This document shows positions 49,521-58,554 of a stretch of 64,000 nucleotides of DNA, piece after piece. The stretch is taken from the NCBI GenBank assembly GCA_965214705.1, contig CBDCCI010000002.1:192001-256000 (forward strand), given 5' to 3'. This DNA comes from Alphaproteobacteria bacterium. Its GTDB lineage: Bacteria > Pseudomonadota > Alphaproteobacteria > UBA828. Position 1 is the stretch's first letter; each line of letters opens with the position of its first letter. The position numbers and the translations under genes were made by a program. The notes beneath the pieces were generated by a model. It was not told the DNA's origin. It saw only the letters and a list, made by a program, of their open reading frames with translations, and ran no database searches.

Positions 49521-52315
49521 CCGGCCTCGCGCGCCGCCTGCTGGATCTCTTCGAGGGACCGGCCGGGCTGGAGCCCTGGTCGCAGCCCGAGACCGGGGCG
49601 GCGCTGGTGGAGCTCCTGCCCTGGCGCGCCTTCGACGAGCGCGGCGAGCTCTATGTCAACGCGGGCTCGGTCGGGTTCGTCATCGAGATCCCGCCCTTTG
49701 CAGGCATCGACGCCGAGACGCTGGGCGCGCTGGCCGGCACGCTCGCCGATGCCGTGCCCGAGCGCTGCACGGTGCAGGTCATTCACTGGGCGAGCCCCCG
49801 CTTCGGCGCGGCGCTCGACGCCTGGGCCGGGCCGAGGCGGGACGCAGGCAGCGTGCAGGCCGGCATGGCGCGGCGGAGGCTTCGCCTCCTCGGAGGCGCG
49901 GGCTGGCGGGCGTTGCATCCGGGCGGGCCGCCGTTCACGCTGTCGGACTACCGGGCCTTCGTCTGCGCCTCGCTCGCGGGTCCGCCCGGTCCCGCTCCCG
50001 AGACCGCGCTCTCGGCGTTCCGCCGGGCGCTCGAAGGTACCCTGGCGTCCGCCGGTGCAACGACGCGCAGGCTCGCGCCGGACGCGCTGCTGTCGCTCGC
50101 CTCCGAGTTGACGGCGCCCACCCTCGCGCCGCTTCCGGAGCCGGGACACTCGTGCCAAAGCACGGCGACGCCGCTCCACCGCCCGCACAGGCGCTGGTCG
50201 CCGAGGGACGCGCTCCACCTGCAATGCTCCGCGCCCGGCCGCGCGCTCACTGTCGCGCCCACCGGGCTGGTGTTCCACGACGGGGAAACAGGGGACACTC
50301 GTGCGGGAGAACGCCCTGGTGCGCCCCGGTCCGCGAACCGCGGGGACACGCGTGCCGGCGACACGCGTGCCGGCGACGTCGCCGTGCGGGTGCTCAGTGC
50401 GGTGGCCTTCCCCGAGGTGTGGCCGGGCTGGCGCGGCAATGCGCTGATCGGCGACTTCCACCGCGACTTCCTCCAGCCCGGCTGCCCGGTGCTCACCTGC
50501 CTCACGGTCATGACCGGCGAGGCGGCCGACGGCGAGAGGGCTTTCCTCAAATCGGCGCGCGCCACCCAGCAGGCGGGCACCGGCATCGCGAGATACCTGC
50601 CGGGGCTGCCCGAGAAGGCAAGGGACTGGCAGCTCGTCACCGAGCGTCTCAAGGACGGAGAGCGCCTGGTCAGGGCTACGTACATGGCGGCGGTCTACGC
50701 GCCCCTCGACGCCATCGACGAGGCCGAGCAGGCGGTGCGCGCGATCTATCACGGCCAGGGCTGGCGCGTGAGCGCCGAGCGCTACGTCCAGCTTCCCTCA
50801 TGGCTTTCGTGCCTGCCGATGGTGCCGGCCGGGGGGCTCGACGCCGACCTCGCGCGCATGGGCCGGCTGAAGACCCTGCTCACCTCGTCCGCCGTCAACC
50901 TCGCGCCGGTGCACGGCGAGTGGCGCGGCCAGGGGTTCGCGCCGGACAGTCCTCCCGCGCTGTTCCTGATCGGCCGCCGCGGCCAGCCCGCCGGCTGGTC
51001 GCCCTTCGCCAACGACGCCGGCAACTACAACGTCGCCGTCACCGGCAAGTCCGGCTCCGGCAAGTCGGTGCTGATGCAGGAGCTGGTCACCGGCATCGTC
51101 GGCGCCGGCGGCGAGGCCGTGGTGATCGACGACGGCCGGTCGTTCCAGCATGCGGCGGAAGCGCTTGGCGGCGCCTTCATCGCCTTCGGCAAGGACCCGG
51201 CCTGCCTCAACCCCTTCGCCATGATCGACGCCGGGACCGCCGCCCATGACGGCGACTACCGCGAGGAATGCTTCGCCATGCTGGCCGGCGTCATCGGGCG
51301 CATGTGCCGCAGGCGCGGCTCCATCGACGACGTCGAGGCGGCGCTGATCGCGGACGCCATCGCCGCAGCCTGGGACGAGGCCGGCATCGAGGCCGATCTC
51401 GGCGCCGTGCGCCGTCACCTGCAGGCCCGCGACGACCGGCGCGCGGCCGACATGGCGACGGCCTTGGGTCCCTGGTGCCCGGGCGGCGCCATGGGACGGC
51501 TGTTCGCGGGCGCGCACACGCCGGCCCTCGATGCCGCGCTCACCGTGTTCGAGCTCGCCGAGCTCAAGGGCCGGGGCGACGTCCAGGCCGTGGTGCTGAT
51601 GCTGGTGGTCTTCCTCGCCACCCAGCGCATGTATCACGGCGAGCGCACGCGGGCGAAGGCGATCGTCATCGACGAGGCCTGGGACCTGCTCTCGGGCGAG
51701 GACAGCCGCGCCTTCCTCGAAGGCGCCGGGAGGCGGGCGCGCAAGTATCGCGGCTCGCTCGTCACGGGAACCCAGTCGGTCAACGACTACTACGCCAACC
51801 CGGCGGCGCAGGCGGCCTGGGAGAACTCGGACTGGACGATCTTCCTCGCCCAGAAGGACGAGTCGGTCGAGCTGCTCAAGCAGGAGAAGCGCATCCACTG
51901 CGACCCCGGCATGGAGCGGGCGCTGAAGAGCCTGACCACCGCGGAGGGCCGCTACGCGGAGCTGCTGCTGCACGGCCCCGACGGCTGGCGCGTCGCGCGC
52001 CTGGTGCTCGATCCCTGGTCGGTGGCGCTGTTCTCCTCGCGGGGACCCGCGTTCGCCGCCGTCGAGCGGCTCAAGGCCGAGGGGCTCTCCACCGTCGAGG
52101 CCATCGACCGGCTCGCAGGGGACACTCGTGCCGGGGACGCTCCCCTCGCGGGCGAAGACGGCATCGGCATTCCGGAGCCGCCGCCGGGCGGTGCGCCCGC
52201 CGGGGGCGAGCTTGGTCACACCGGCGACGAAACCGGCATCCCCGACGCGCCCGGCGCAGACGGCGGTGCCGATCGCGGCATTGAACATGAGGACGACAAG
52301 GGAGCAAGCGAATGA
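49517..52315 (+). CDS. traC: F-type VirB4-family ATPase TraC
   Basis: GNYNVAVTGKSGSGKS Walker A, VIDDGRS, IVIDEAW, RARKY; start 49505 or 49517. Confidence 0.93.
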   Translation: MTGLARRLLDLFEGPAGLEPWSQPETGAALVELLPWRAFDERGELYVNAGSVGFVIEIPPFAGIDAETLGALAGTLADAVPERCTVQVIHWASPRFGAALDAWAGPRRDAGSVQAGMARRRLRLLGGAGWRALHPGGPPFTLSDYRAFVCASLAGPPGPAPETALSAFRRALEGTLASAGATTRRLAPDALLSLASELTAPTLAPLPEPGHSCQSTATPLHRPHRRWSPRDALHLQCSAPGRALTVAPTGLVFHDGETGDTRAGERPGAPRSANRGDTRAGDTRAGDVAVRVLSAVAFPEVWPGWRGNALIGDFHRDFLQPGCPVLTCLTVMTGEAADGERAFLKSARATQQAGTGIARYLPGLPEKARDWQLVTERLKDGERLVRATYMAAVYAPLDAIDEAEQAVRAIYHGQGWRVSAERYVQLPSWLSCLPMVPAGGLDADLARMGRLKTLLTSSAVNLAPVHGEWRGQGFAPDSPPALFLIGRRGQPAGWSPFANDAGNYNVAVTGKSGSGKSVLMQELVTGIVGAGGEAVVIDDGRSFQHAAEALGGAFIAFGKDPACLNPFAMIDAGTAAHDGDYREECFAMLAGVIGRMCRRRGSIDDVEAALIADAIAAAWDEAGIEADLGAVRRHLQARDDRRAADMATALGPWCPGGAMGRLFAGAHTPALDAALTVFELAELKGRGDVQAVVLMLVVFLATQRMYHGERTRAKAIVIDEAWDLLSGEDSRAFLEGAGRRARKYRGSLVTGTQSVNDYYANPAAQAAWENSDWTIFLAQKDESVELLKQEKRIHCDPGMERALKSLTTAEGRYAELLLHGPDGWRVARLVLDPWSVALFSSRGPAFAAVERLKAEGLSTVEAIDRLAGDTRAGDAPLAGEDGIGIPEPPPGGAPAGGELGHTGDETGIPDAPGADGGADRGIEHEDDKGASE
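50144..50373 (+). repeat. 15-bp tra repeat, 4 units at three sites in traC (50144, 50293, 50344-50373)
   Basis: GGACACTCGTGCCAA (GHSCQ frame); GGACACTCGTGCGGG; GGACACGCGTGCCGG CGACACGCGTGCCGG (DTRAG frame). Confidence 0.82.
52120..52134 (+). repeat. 15-bp tra repeat, 1 unit plus partial (traC tail)
   Basis: GGACACTCGTGCCGG followed by GGACGCTC. Confidence 0.8.
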
Positions 52316-53028
52316 ACGCACGAACCGGGGAAGACCGGCGGGAGACCGCCGCTGCGGCCGGAGTTGCCGGCGGGCGCCTCGCCTGGCCGGGCGATCCGGA
52401 AGGGATCGCGGCCGCCGACATCGACTTCGAGGCGCTGGCGCACGTGCTGGCCAACACCTGCCGCTTCGGCGGGCGCACCCGGCAGTACCACTCGCTGGCG
52501 GCGCATGCGGTCATCGCGAGCGAGGAGGTCGAGGCGCTCGACGGCCTCGGCGAGGAAGACCGGCGAAATCTCGCGATCCACGCGCTGATCGCGGACGCGC
52601 CGTCGGCCTGGCTGCGGGGCGATCCTTCTTCCTCTCAGCGGGCGGCGAAGCTCGCCGCCGGCATCGAGCGCGCGGTGCGCGAGGCGGCGGGGCTCGATGC
52701 CGTGCTCGGCGACGAGCAGGCGGAACTGCTTCGGTTCGTGTTCCGCATGACCGCCGCGGCCGAACGCCGCGACCTCGCGGACGCCGATGCCGGCGCCGGC
52801 GCCGCGTTCCCGCCGCTGAGAAGGCGCATCCGCGCCGTGGGTCCCGGCCGGGCCGCGAGGCTCTGGCTCGCCCGCTTCCGGGCGCTGACGGGGCCCCGGC
52901 ACGAGTGTCCGTCTGGAGACGCGGGCGCCGCTACCGCAGACACGACCAGCGAGGAGACTCGAGATGGCGCGCACATGCAGGCGAAGGAGGGGGAGACGAA
53001 CCGTGGCGAGATCAGGCAAGCGGCGTGA
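52312..53028 (+). CDS. YfbR/phage-type HD-fold phosphohydrolase-like protein with degenerate HD motif
   Basis: LAHVLANTCRFGG..YHSLAAH matches CRFxGH..YSVAxH; the expected LLHDA reads LIADA. Confidence 0.7.
   Translation: MNARTGEDRRETAAAAGVAGGRLAWPGDPEGIAAADIDFEALAHVLANTCRFGGRTRQYHSLAAHAVIASEEVEALDGLGEEDRRNLAIHALIADAPSAWLRGDPSSSQRAAKLAAGIERAVREAAGLDAVLGDEQAELLRFVFRMTAAAERRDLADADAGAGAAFPPLRRRIRAVGPGRAARLWLARFRALTGPRHECPSGDAGAATADTTSEETRDGAHMQAKEGETNRGEIRQAA
52896..52910 (-). repeat. 15-bp tra repeat, 1 unit (HD-like gene tail)
   Basis: CCGGCACGAGTGTCC; encodes RHECP. Confidence 0.8.
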
Positions 53029-53263
53029 ACGGCGCCGCGGCGGCATTCCGCCCGGAATCAGGGTCGTGCGCGATGCCGAGGAGATGTTCCGCGCGGCGAT
53101 CCTGGCTGGCGTGCTATCCGCCGAGCGTTCCAACCGGAGCTGGGCCGGGCACTACCTCTACATGTTCCATGACGAGGACGGAACCGCCTGGTTCAAGCAC
53201 CGCGACACCCGCGCCTACGTGTCGATGACGGCGCGGCAGCGCGCGGCGGGACACGGGTGGTGA
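53003..53263 (+). CDS. Small hypothetical protein
   Basis: GTG after AAGGAGG RBS; aromatic-rich YLYMFHDEDG..WFKHRDTRAY; stop overlaps trbI start. Confidence 0.6.
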   Translation: MARSGKRRERRRGGIPPGIRVVRDAEEMFRAAILAGVLSAERSNRSWAGHYLYMFHDEDGTAWFKHRDTRAYVSMTARQRAAGHGW

Positions 53264-53628
53264 GCGAGGTCCGGGTGGTCCTCTCCGCCATGCTGCTCGC
53301 CGCCGGCGTTGCCGCGGCGGTCGCGGCCGGCGCGGTGCGCCTGTCCGTGGACGAAGGACCGCGTATCGCGAGCGTGCGGCTCGGTGAACTCGCTGCGGAG
53401 CACGCTGCCGATGCAGCACGCGCGGATTCGACTGCGGAAGAGACCGCCGCAACCGCCCGCGCATGGGCGCTCGCGCTTGAGGATGCGCTCGGCGCGGTGG
53501 CCGCACGAAACGGAGCGGTGCTGCTGCCGGTCCGCGCCGTCGCCGCCGGGGCCCCCGATCTAACGGAGGAGATCCGGCTTGCGCTTGAGGACAGACTGGG
53601 GCGCCCCGGTTCGGAGCCGCGGCCATGA
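53260..53628 (+). CDS. trbI: F-type TrbI
   Basis: N-terminal TM, IASVRL, VLL..AVAAGAPDLTEEI. Confidence 0.82.
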   Translation: MSEVRVVLSAMLLAAGVAAAVAAGAVRLSVDEGPRIASVRLGELAAEHAADAARADSTAEETAATARAWALALEDALGAVAARNGAVLLPVRAVAAGAPDLTEEIRLALEDRLGRPGSEPRP

Positions 53629-54224
53629 CGGCACCGGCGACGTTCCCCGGCGCGCGGCGCCGCGGCGGCAAGCGGGCCTGGGCCGGGCTCGCGTTCATGG
53701 CGGCGCTGGCCGCGCTGTGGCTCGCGGCGGCCTCGCGGGTGCACGTCAACACGAGCTGGTCGGACGACGCCTGGGGCTACCTGGTGCTGCCTGTCGGCGA
53801 GCCCGCCATCGGCGACACGGTGCTGTTCGAGCCGCGCCCGGATCGGGGTCCGGGCCAGGCGGCGGCGCTGGGCGTGAAGACGCCCTACCTCAAGACCGTT
53901 CGCGGATTGCCGGGCGATGTCGTGACCGTGGACGACGATCGCACCGTGCGCCTCGACGGTGCGCCTGTCGCGCGCGCGAAGAGCCACGCTCTCGACGGGC
54001 GGCCGCTCGAGGCGATCCGGCCGAGCCTCATTCCCGAGGGACACTATTACGTCCACGGCGATCACGCCGACAGCCACGACAGCCGCTACGCGGAGATCGG
54101 GCTGGTGCCGCGCGAGCGTATCCTCGGCCGGGCGATCGCCATGCCGGATCTGCCCTGGCTCGGCCTCGAAGGCCCCCTGGTGGGGCCGGACGATATCGGG
54201 CGCACGGCAGAGACGCGGCGATGA
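53625..54224 (+). CDS. trhF: Conjugative S26 signal peptidase (TrhF-like)
   Basis: NTSWS (Ser), YLKTVRGLPGD (Lys), SHDSRY. Confidence 0.85.
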   Translation: MTAPATFPGARRRGGKRAWAGLAFMAALAALWLAAASRVHVNTSWSDDAWGYLVLPVGEPAIGDTVLFEPRPDRGPGQAAALGVKTPYLKTVRGLPGDVVTVDDDRTVRLDGAPVARAKSHALDGRPLEAIRPSLIPEGHYYVHGDHADSHDSRYAEIGLVPRERILGRAIAMPDLPWLGLEGPLVGPDDIGRTAETRR

Positions 54225-54832
54225 TGCGCGTCCCGCCGCTGCCCTTCCGGTCCGTCGCGGCCGTCTTGATGCCGGCATCTCTCGTGCTGGCGCTGCTGGC
54301 GGCCCAGGCGTCCGCGAAGGACCTCGGCGTGCGCGGCGCCAACTGGGCGGTTGCCGAACCGGACCTGCTGGCGCAGATCGAGGCGCGGCTGACGGAATTG
54401 CAGCGCTCGGGCACGCTGGCGCGGCGCTCGTGGACCTTCGACCCCTCGATCACGGTGGCGCGCGACATCCAGGCGCATGACGGCACGTTGATCGCCGCCG
54501 CCGGGAGCCGCATCGACCCCTTCCGCCACGCGCCGCTGACGCGCGGTCTTCTCTTCATCGACGGCCGGCGCGACGCCGAAATCGCCTGGGCGCTCGCGCA
54601 CGGCAGGCCTTCCAAGATCGTCCTGCTGGCGGGCCGTCCCCTGGAGCTGGCACGGCGTCATGGTCGGCCGTTCTTCTTCGATCAGGGCGGGCGGCTTGCC
54701 GCCCGGCTGGGGCTTCGCTTCACGCCTTCGCTGGTAAGGCGCGACGGTGCGCATCTGCGCATCACGGAAATCCCGCTCGACGAATTCGGGCGCGACTCCT
54801 CGAACGGCGATCAAGGGGTTCCGGCGCGATGA
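54221..54832 (+). CDS. traW: F-type TraW (apparently internally deleted)
   Basis: KDLGVRG..AEPDLL, WTFDPSI, LLFIDG, FFFDQGG; segment between QRSG and RSWTFDP looks ~28 aa short. Confidence 0.85.
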   Translation: MMRVPPLPFRSVAAVLMPASLVLALLAAQASAKDLGVRGANWAVAEPDLLAQIEARLTELQRSGTLARRSWTFDPSITVARDIQAHDGTLIAAAGSRIDPFRHAPLTRGLLFIDGRRDAEIAWALAHGRPSKIVLLAGRPLELARRHGRPFFFDQGGRLAARLGLRFTPSLVRRDGAHLRITEIPLDEFGRDSSNGDQGVPAR

Positions 54833-55830
54833 AGTCCCTCCGTCTCCTCCTGCTGGCACTCGGACTTCTGATCCTCCTGCCGGCCGGGCATGTGATGGCA
54901 CAGACCTGCACCGGGCGGTTCGTGAACCCGATCACGGACGTCTGCTGGGAGTGCCTGTTCCCGATCTCGATCGGCCCGGTCCGGATCGGCAGCGCCTCCG
55001 GCGCGCCGGACACGCCCAACCCGTCCTCGCCGATCTGCCTCTGCGGCTCGCCCATCCCCCGCATCGGGCTCTCGCTCGGGGTGTAGGAGCCGGCGCGGCT
55101 GGTGGACGTGACCCGGGTTCCCTGGTGCTTTCCCAACCTGGGCGGCCTCACCATCGATCCGGGGCTCCCCGCCGCGCGCGGGCGCACCGGGTCGTCGGGC
55201 GGCGACGGCGCCGCGGGCTCGGTTTGGCACGCACATTATTATGTGTATCCGCTGCTCTCCTGGATCGGGGCGCTGCTCGACCTCGGCTGCCTCGAAGGCG
55301 GCGGCCTGGATATCGCGTGGACCTCGGAGCTCGACCCCTCCTGGCTCGACGACGAGCTCTCGTTCCTGCTCAACCCGGAGGCGGCGCTGTTCGCCAACCT
55401 GCCGGCGCAGGCGGCGTGCGCCGCCGATTGCGCCGCGGCCTCCGCCGGCCTGCCGCAGGACGCACTGTTCTGGTGCGCCGGCTGCCAGGGCGGCATGTAT
55501 CCGCTCACCGGCAACGTCGCCGCCCATGTCGGCGGGGTGCAGGCGTCGCTGCTGGCGGCCCAGCGGCTGGTCTACCGCCTGCACCGCGCCGGGCTCGCCT
55601 GGGGCACCTCCGGGTCCGCCGCGCTCTGCGGGCGCTACCCCATGCCGATCATGAAGAAGAGCCAGTACCGCTGGCAGATGACCCAGCCGGTGCCGGCGAC
55701 GACGCCCGCGACTGGCTGCAACCCGACGGGGCGCTCCTCGGTGCTCTGGGAATCGCTCCGCGAACTGCCCGTCTCGGGCGAGAGCTTCGGCTACCTGCTG
55801 TGGAGGAAACGCACATGCTGCATCTTGTAG
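54829..55830 (+). pseudogene. traU: TraU interrupted by in-frame TAG
   Basis: CTGRFVNPITDVCWECLFP start; GV*EPARLVDV with TAG at 55084-55086 at the conserved Trp; frame continues to WRKRTCC. Confidence 0.9.
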
Positions 55831-56600
55831 GAAGCCTCGGACAGCGTACTGGAGTTCTCGCCCGAGACGGTCTCGCCGGACTGCTGGTGCTGGCGTTGTG
55901 TGCCGGGCCGGCGTTCGGCGAACAACCCTCGCCGGAATCGCAGGCCCGGGCACTGGCCGACGAGGTTCTGCACAAGGCGGGCGAGGCCGGTCCGCAGGGC
56001 CTGGGCGAGTGGACGCGCTCGGTGATCGGCCGCGCCCTGGAGCGGGCCGGCGATGCCGCCACGGGCACCGCCGGGCGTGCCGGTCCGGCAACCCCCGCGG
56101 AAACCCGCCCCGCTCCGCTTCCGGCCGAGAGACACGCGGCGTCCGTGAAGGCGGGACTCTCCGATCGCGGCGGAAGCACCGCCGAAATTGTCGTCTTCAT
56201 GAGTCTTTCGGTGCCGGCGCCGAGCTGGCGCGAATGGGCGCGCGAGGCGGCGGCGATCGGTGCGCCGCTGGTGCTGCGCGGGGTCGGCGAAGGCGGATTG
56301 CGGCAGACCGTGAAGGCGGTCGGCGAACGGCTTGGCGGGGCGGAGGCGGGCGTCGCCGTCGACCCGCGCCTGTTCCGCCTGTTCGGGATCGACCGTGTGC
56401 CGGCGGTGGTCGTCGCGCCCGGCGGGATTGCCGGCTGCGCGAGCCGGGGCGGCGCGGACGACCCCGCGCCGCCGCACGACATGGTGACCGGAAACATCGG
56501 CCTCGCCGCCGCGCTGGAGGCGATCGCGGCGGAGGGCGAAGCGGCACGCGAAGTCGCTCGCGCCCGGCTCGAACGCCTCGGAGGGGGGCAACGACCATGA
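55815..56600 (+). CDS. trbC: F-type TrbC pilus assembly protein
   Basis: VFMSLSVP, LVLRG, VDPRLFRLFGIDRVPAVV, GNI.L..ALE. Confidence 0.87.
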   Translation: MLHLVGSLGQRTGVLARDGLAGLLVLALCAGPAFGEQPSPESQARALADEVLHKAGEAGPQGLGEWTRSVIGRALERAGDAATGTAGRAGPATPAETRPAPLPAERHAASVKAGLSDRGGSTAEIVVFMSLSVPAPSWREWAREAAAIGAPLVLRGVGEGGLRQTVKAVGERLGGAEAGVAVDPRLFRLFGIDRVPAVVVAPGGIAGCASRGGADDPAPPHDMVTGNIGLAAALEAIAAEGEAAREVARARLERLGGGQRP

Positions 56601-57742
56601 CCGTGCAACCCGAAACGCCCATGGGCCGGATCGATGTTCTCATCGACCGCGCCGCGCGGGTCGCGCGGCTGCTGGCCTGGCTCGCCATGTTCGCGCTCGT
56701 CTGCCTGATGCTGTGGGTAGTGTCGGGCATGGCCGCGCGCGCGGAGGACCCTAAGGCGGCCGCGAGGGAAATCGGCCGGACGGGAGCCGCAACGGCGGGG
56801 GCGATCGCGCGGGATGCGGCGAGCACCGCGAAGGTGCCGGGCTATGCGGGCACCAACGTGCCGGAACGCGGCCTCACCGCGGGGATGATGGAGGACGCGG
56901 CGCGGGCGCGCCTCGCCGATCCCGACGATCCCGGCGGCGATGCGGGGCGCACGGTGATCCAGGGGACGGCGTCGCGCCCGGCGGCGAGCGTGCCGGCGGG
57001 CGATCCCGTCGTCGAGCGCTCGGAAGGTATAGCGGCTTCGCCGCAATCGCCCGCTCACCGCGCGGACGGCCTCGCTTCGGGTGGCGTGGCGGACTGCAAT
57101 GCCGGTGTCGGAGACGCCAATACGGGCGGCTCCTGCGGTCGGGCGACGTATTGCGTCGGCGCCGGCTGCGAGACCGTGCAACCGCAATCCAACACCGGCT
57201 TCGTGAACGCGGCGACGCGGCTGAACATGGCGGTCGAGCTCGGCGGCGACGAGTTCGACCGCGGCGACATGCGCTTCTTCACCGGCAAGCGGCGGGCCTG
57301 CACCATCCGCCTGTTCGGCCTCGCCAACTGCTGCACCAACTCGGGCGCGCTGATCGGCATTGCGGGGTGCTCGCGCGAGGAATACGAGCTGGCGAAGGAG
57401 CGCCACGGCGGCAACACCCACTATCTCGGAAGGTACTGCGCGAAGAGGACCCTGTTCGGCATCTGCATCCGCCGGGCGCGGGCGTGGTGCGTGTTCGGCT
57501 CGAAGCTCGGGCGCATCCTGCAGCAGCAGGGCCGCGCCCAGCTCGGCATCGGCTGGGGGAGCTGCCGGGGCCTCACGGTGGCGGAGGTCGAGCGCATCGA
57601 CTTCGACCGCCTCGATCTCTCGGAGTTCACCGAGAACCTGATGGACGGGTCGATGGATCCCTCGGTCTCTCTGCCGGACGGCGGCGACACGAAGGCGACG
57701 ATGCGCACGCGCATCCGCGATTTCTACACGCGGGGCCAGTGA
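56597..57742 (+). CDS. traN: Mating-pair stabilisation protein TraN (short form)
   Basis: Cys-rich C-terminus: FFTG..C..NCC, HYLGRYC, WCVFGSKLGRILQQQGR, CRGLT, IDFDRLDLSEF. Confidence 0.87.
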   Translation: MTVQPETPMGRIDVLIDRAARVARLLAWLAMFALVCLMLWVVSGMAARAEDPKAAAREIGRTGAATAGAIARDAASTAKVPGYAGTNVPERGLTAGMMEDAARARLADPDDPGGDAGRTVIQGTASRPAASVPAGDPVVERSEGIAASPQSPAHRADGLASGGVADCNAGVGDANTGGSCGRATYCVGAGCETVQPQSNTGFVNAATRLNMAVELGGDEFDRGDMRFFTGKRRACTIRLFGLANCCTNSGALIGIAGCSREEYELAKERHGGNTHYLGRYCAKRTLFGICIRRARAWCVFGSKLGRILQQQGRAQLGIGWGSCRGLTVAEVERIDFDRLDLSEFTENLMDGSMDPSVSLPDGGDTKATMRTRIRDFYTRGQ

Positions 57743-58554
57743 TGGCGCCCTTCCTGAAATACGCCATTGCAGCCATGGGCGTGGCGCTGCCGCTCTTCGC
57801 CCCGGTGTCGATTGCGGCGGAATGGCGATCCTGGTGCGGCGAGCGGGGCGAGACCCCGTCGCTCGGCTGGCACTTCTACTGCGACCGCGAGGAAGACGCG
57901 CAGGAGGCGCAACCCGCCCCATTGCCCCCTTCCGGCAGTGCGGATCGGTCCGCGACCGGGCGCATCGAAGAGATGCGCAAGGCGCTGGAAGAGGCCAGGG
58001 CCGCCGCGATCCTCGATCCCACGACGGAGAACGTGACGGCCTATCTGCGCCTCCAGCAGGAAACATTGCAGCGGGCCGCCGCCTTCTCGGACGCCTTCCG
58101 GCGCACGGTCTGGGCGACGCCGGAGCTCGACTACACGCTGACGCGGCCCGTGGGCGCGCTCGCGAAGCGGCTCTGGTCCGACGGGCGCCGCGACGAGGTC
58201 GCGGACGCCCTGGCAACTCTCGGGGAGCGCTACGGGCTGATCTATCTGGGCCATCCGGACTGCGGCGGGTGCCGGGTGTTCGGACCGCTGCTGCGCGCCT
58301 TCGCCGTGCGCCACGGGCTCGACGTGCTGGCCGTGTCGATGACCGGCGGGCCGCTCGAAGGCTGGCCCGAGGCGGTGCCGGATGGCGGACGGGCCGCCAG
58401 GCTAGGACTGGCCGGCTCACCGCTCCCCGCCGTCGCGTTGTTCGACACGGAAACGAAGAAGGTGCTGCCGGTCGGCTTCGGCGTGCTCGCCGAGGATCAG
58501 CTCGCGGAGCGCATCTTCGTGCTGACGCAACTGGAGCCCGGTCATGATTACTGA
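57742..58554 (+). CDS. traF: F-type TraF (thioredoxin-like)
   Basis: GWHFYC, AILDPT.ENV, PELDY, CGGC, GFGV. Confidence 0.9.
   Translation: MAPFLKYAIAAMGVALPLFAPVSIAAEWRSWCGERGETPSLGWHFYCDREEDAQEAQPAPLPPSGSADRSATGRIEEMRKALEEARAAAILDPTTENVTAYLRLQQETLQRAAAFSDAFRRTVWATPELDYTLTRPVGALAKRLWSDGRRDEVADALATLGERYGLIYLGHPDCGGCRVFGPLLRAFAVRHGLDVLAVSMTGGPLEGWPEAVPDGGRAARLGLAGSPLPAVALFDTETKKVLPVGFGVLAEDQLAERIFVLTQLEPGHDY

Noticed and set aside
55084-55086. traU TAG as pyrrolysine or programmed readthrough (tempting given TMA metabolism)
   Set aside because: The position is a conserved Trp one transition from TAG; no pyl genes seen; TAG serves as a normal stop elsewhere in the window.
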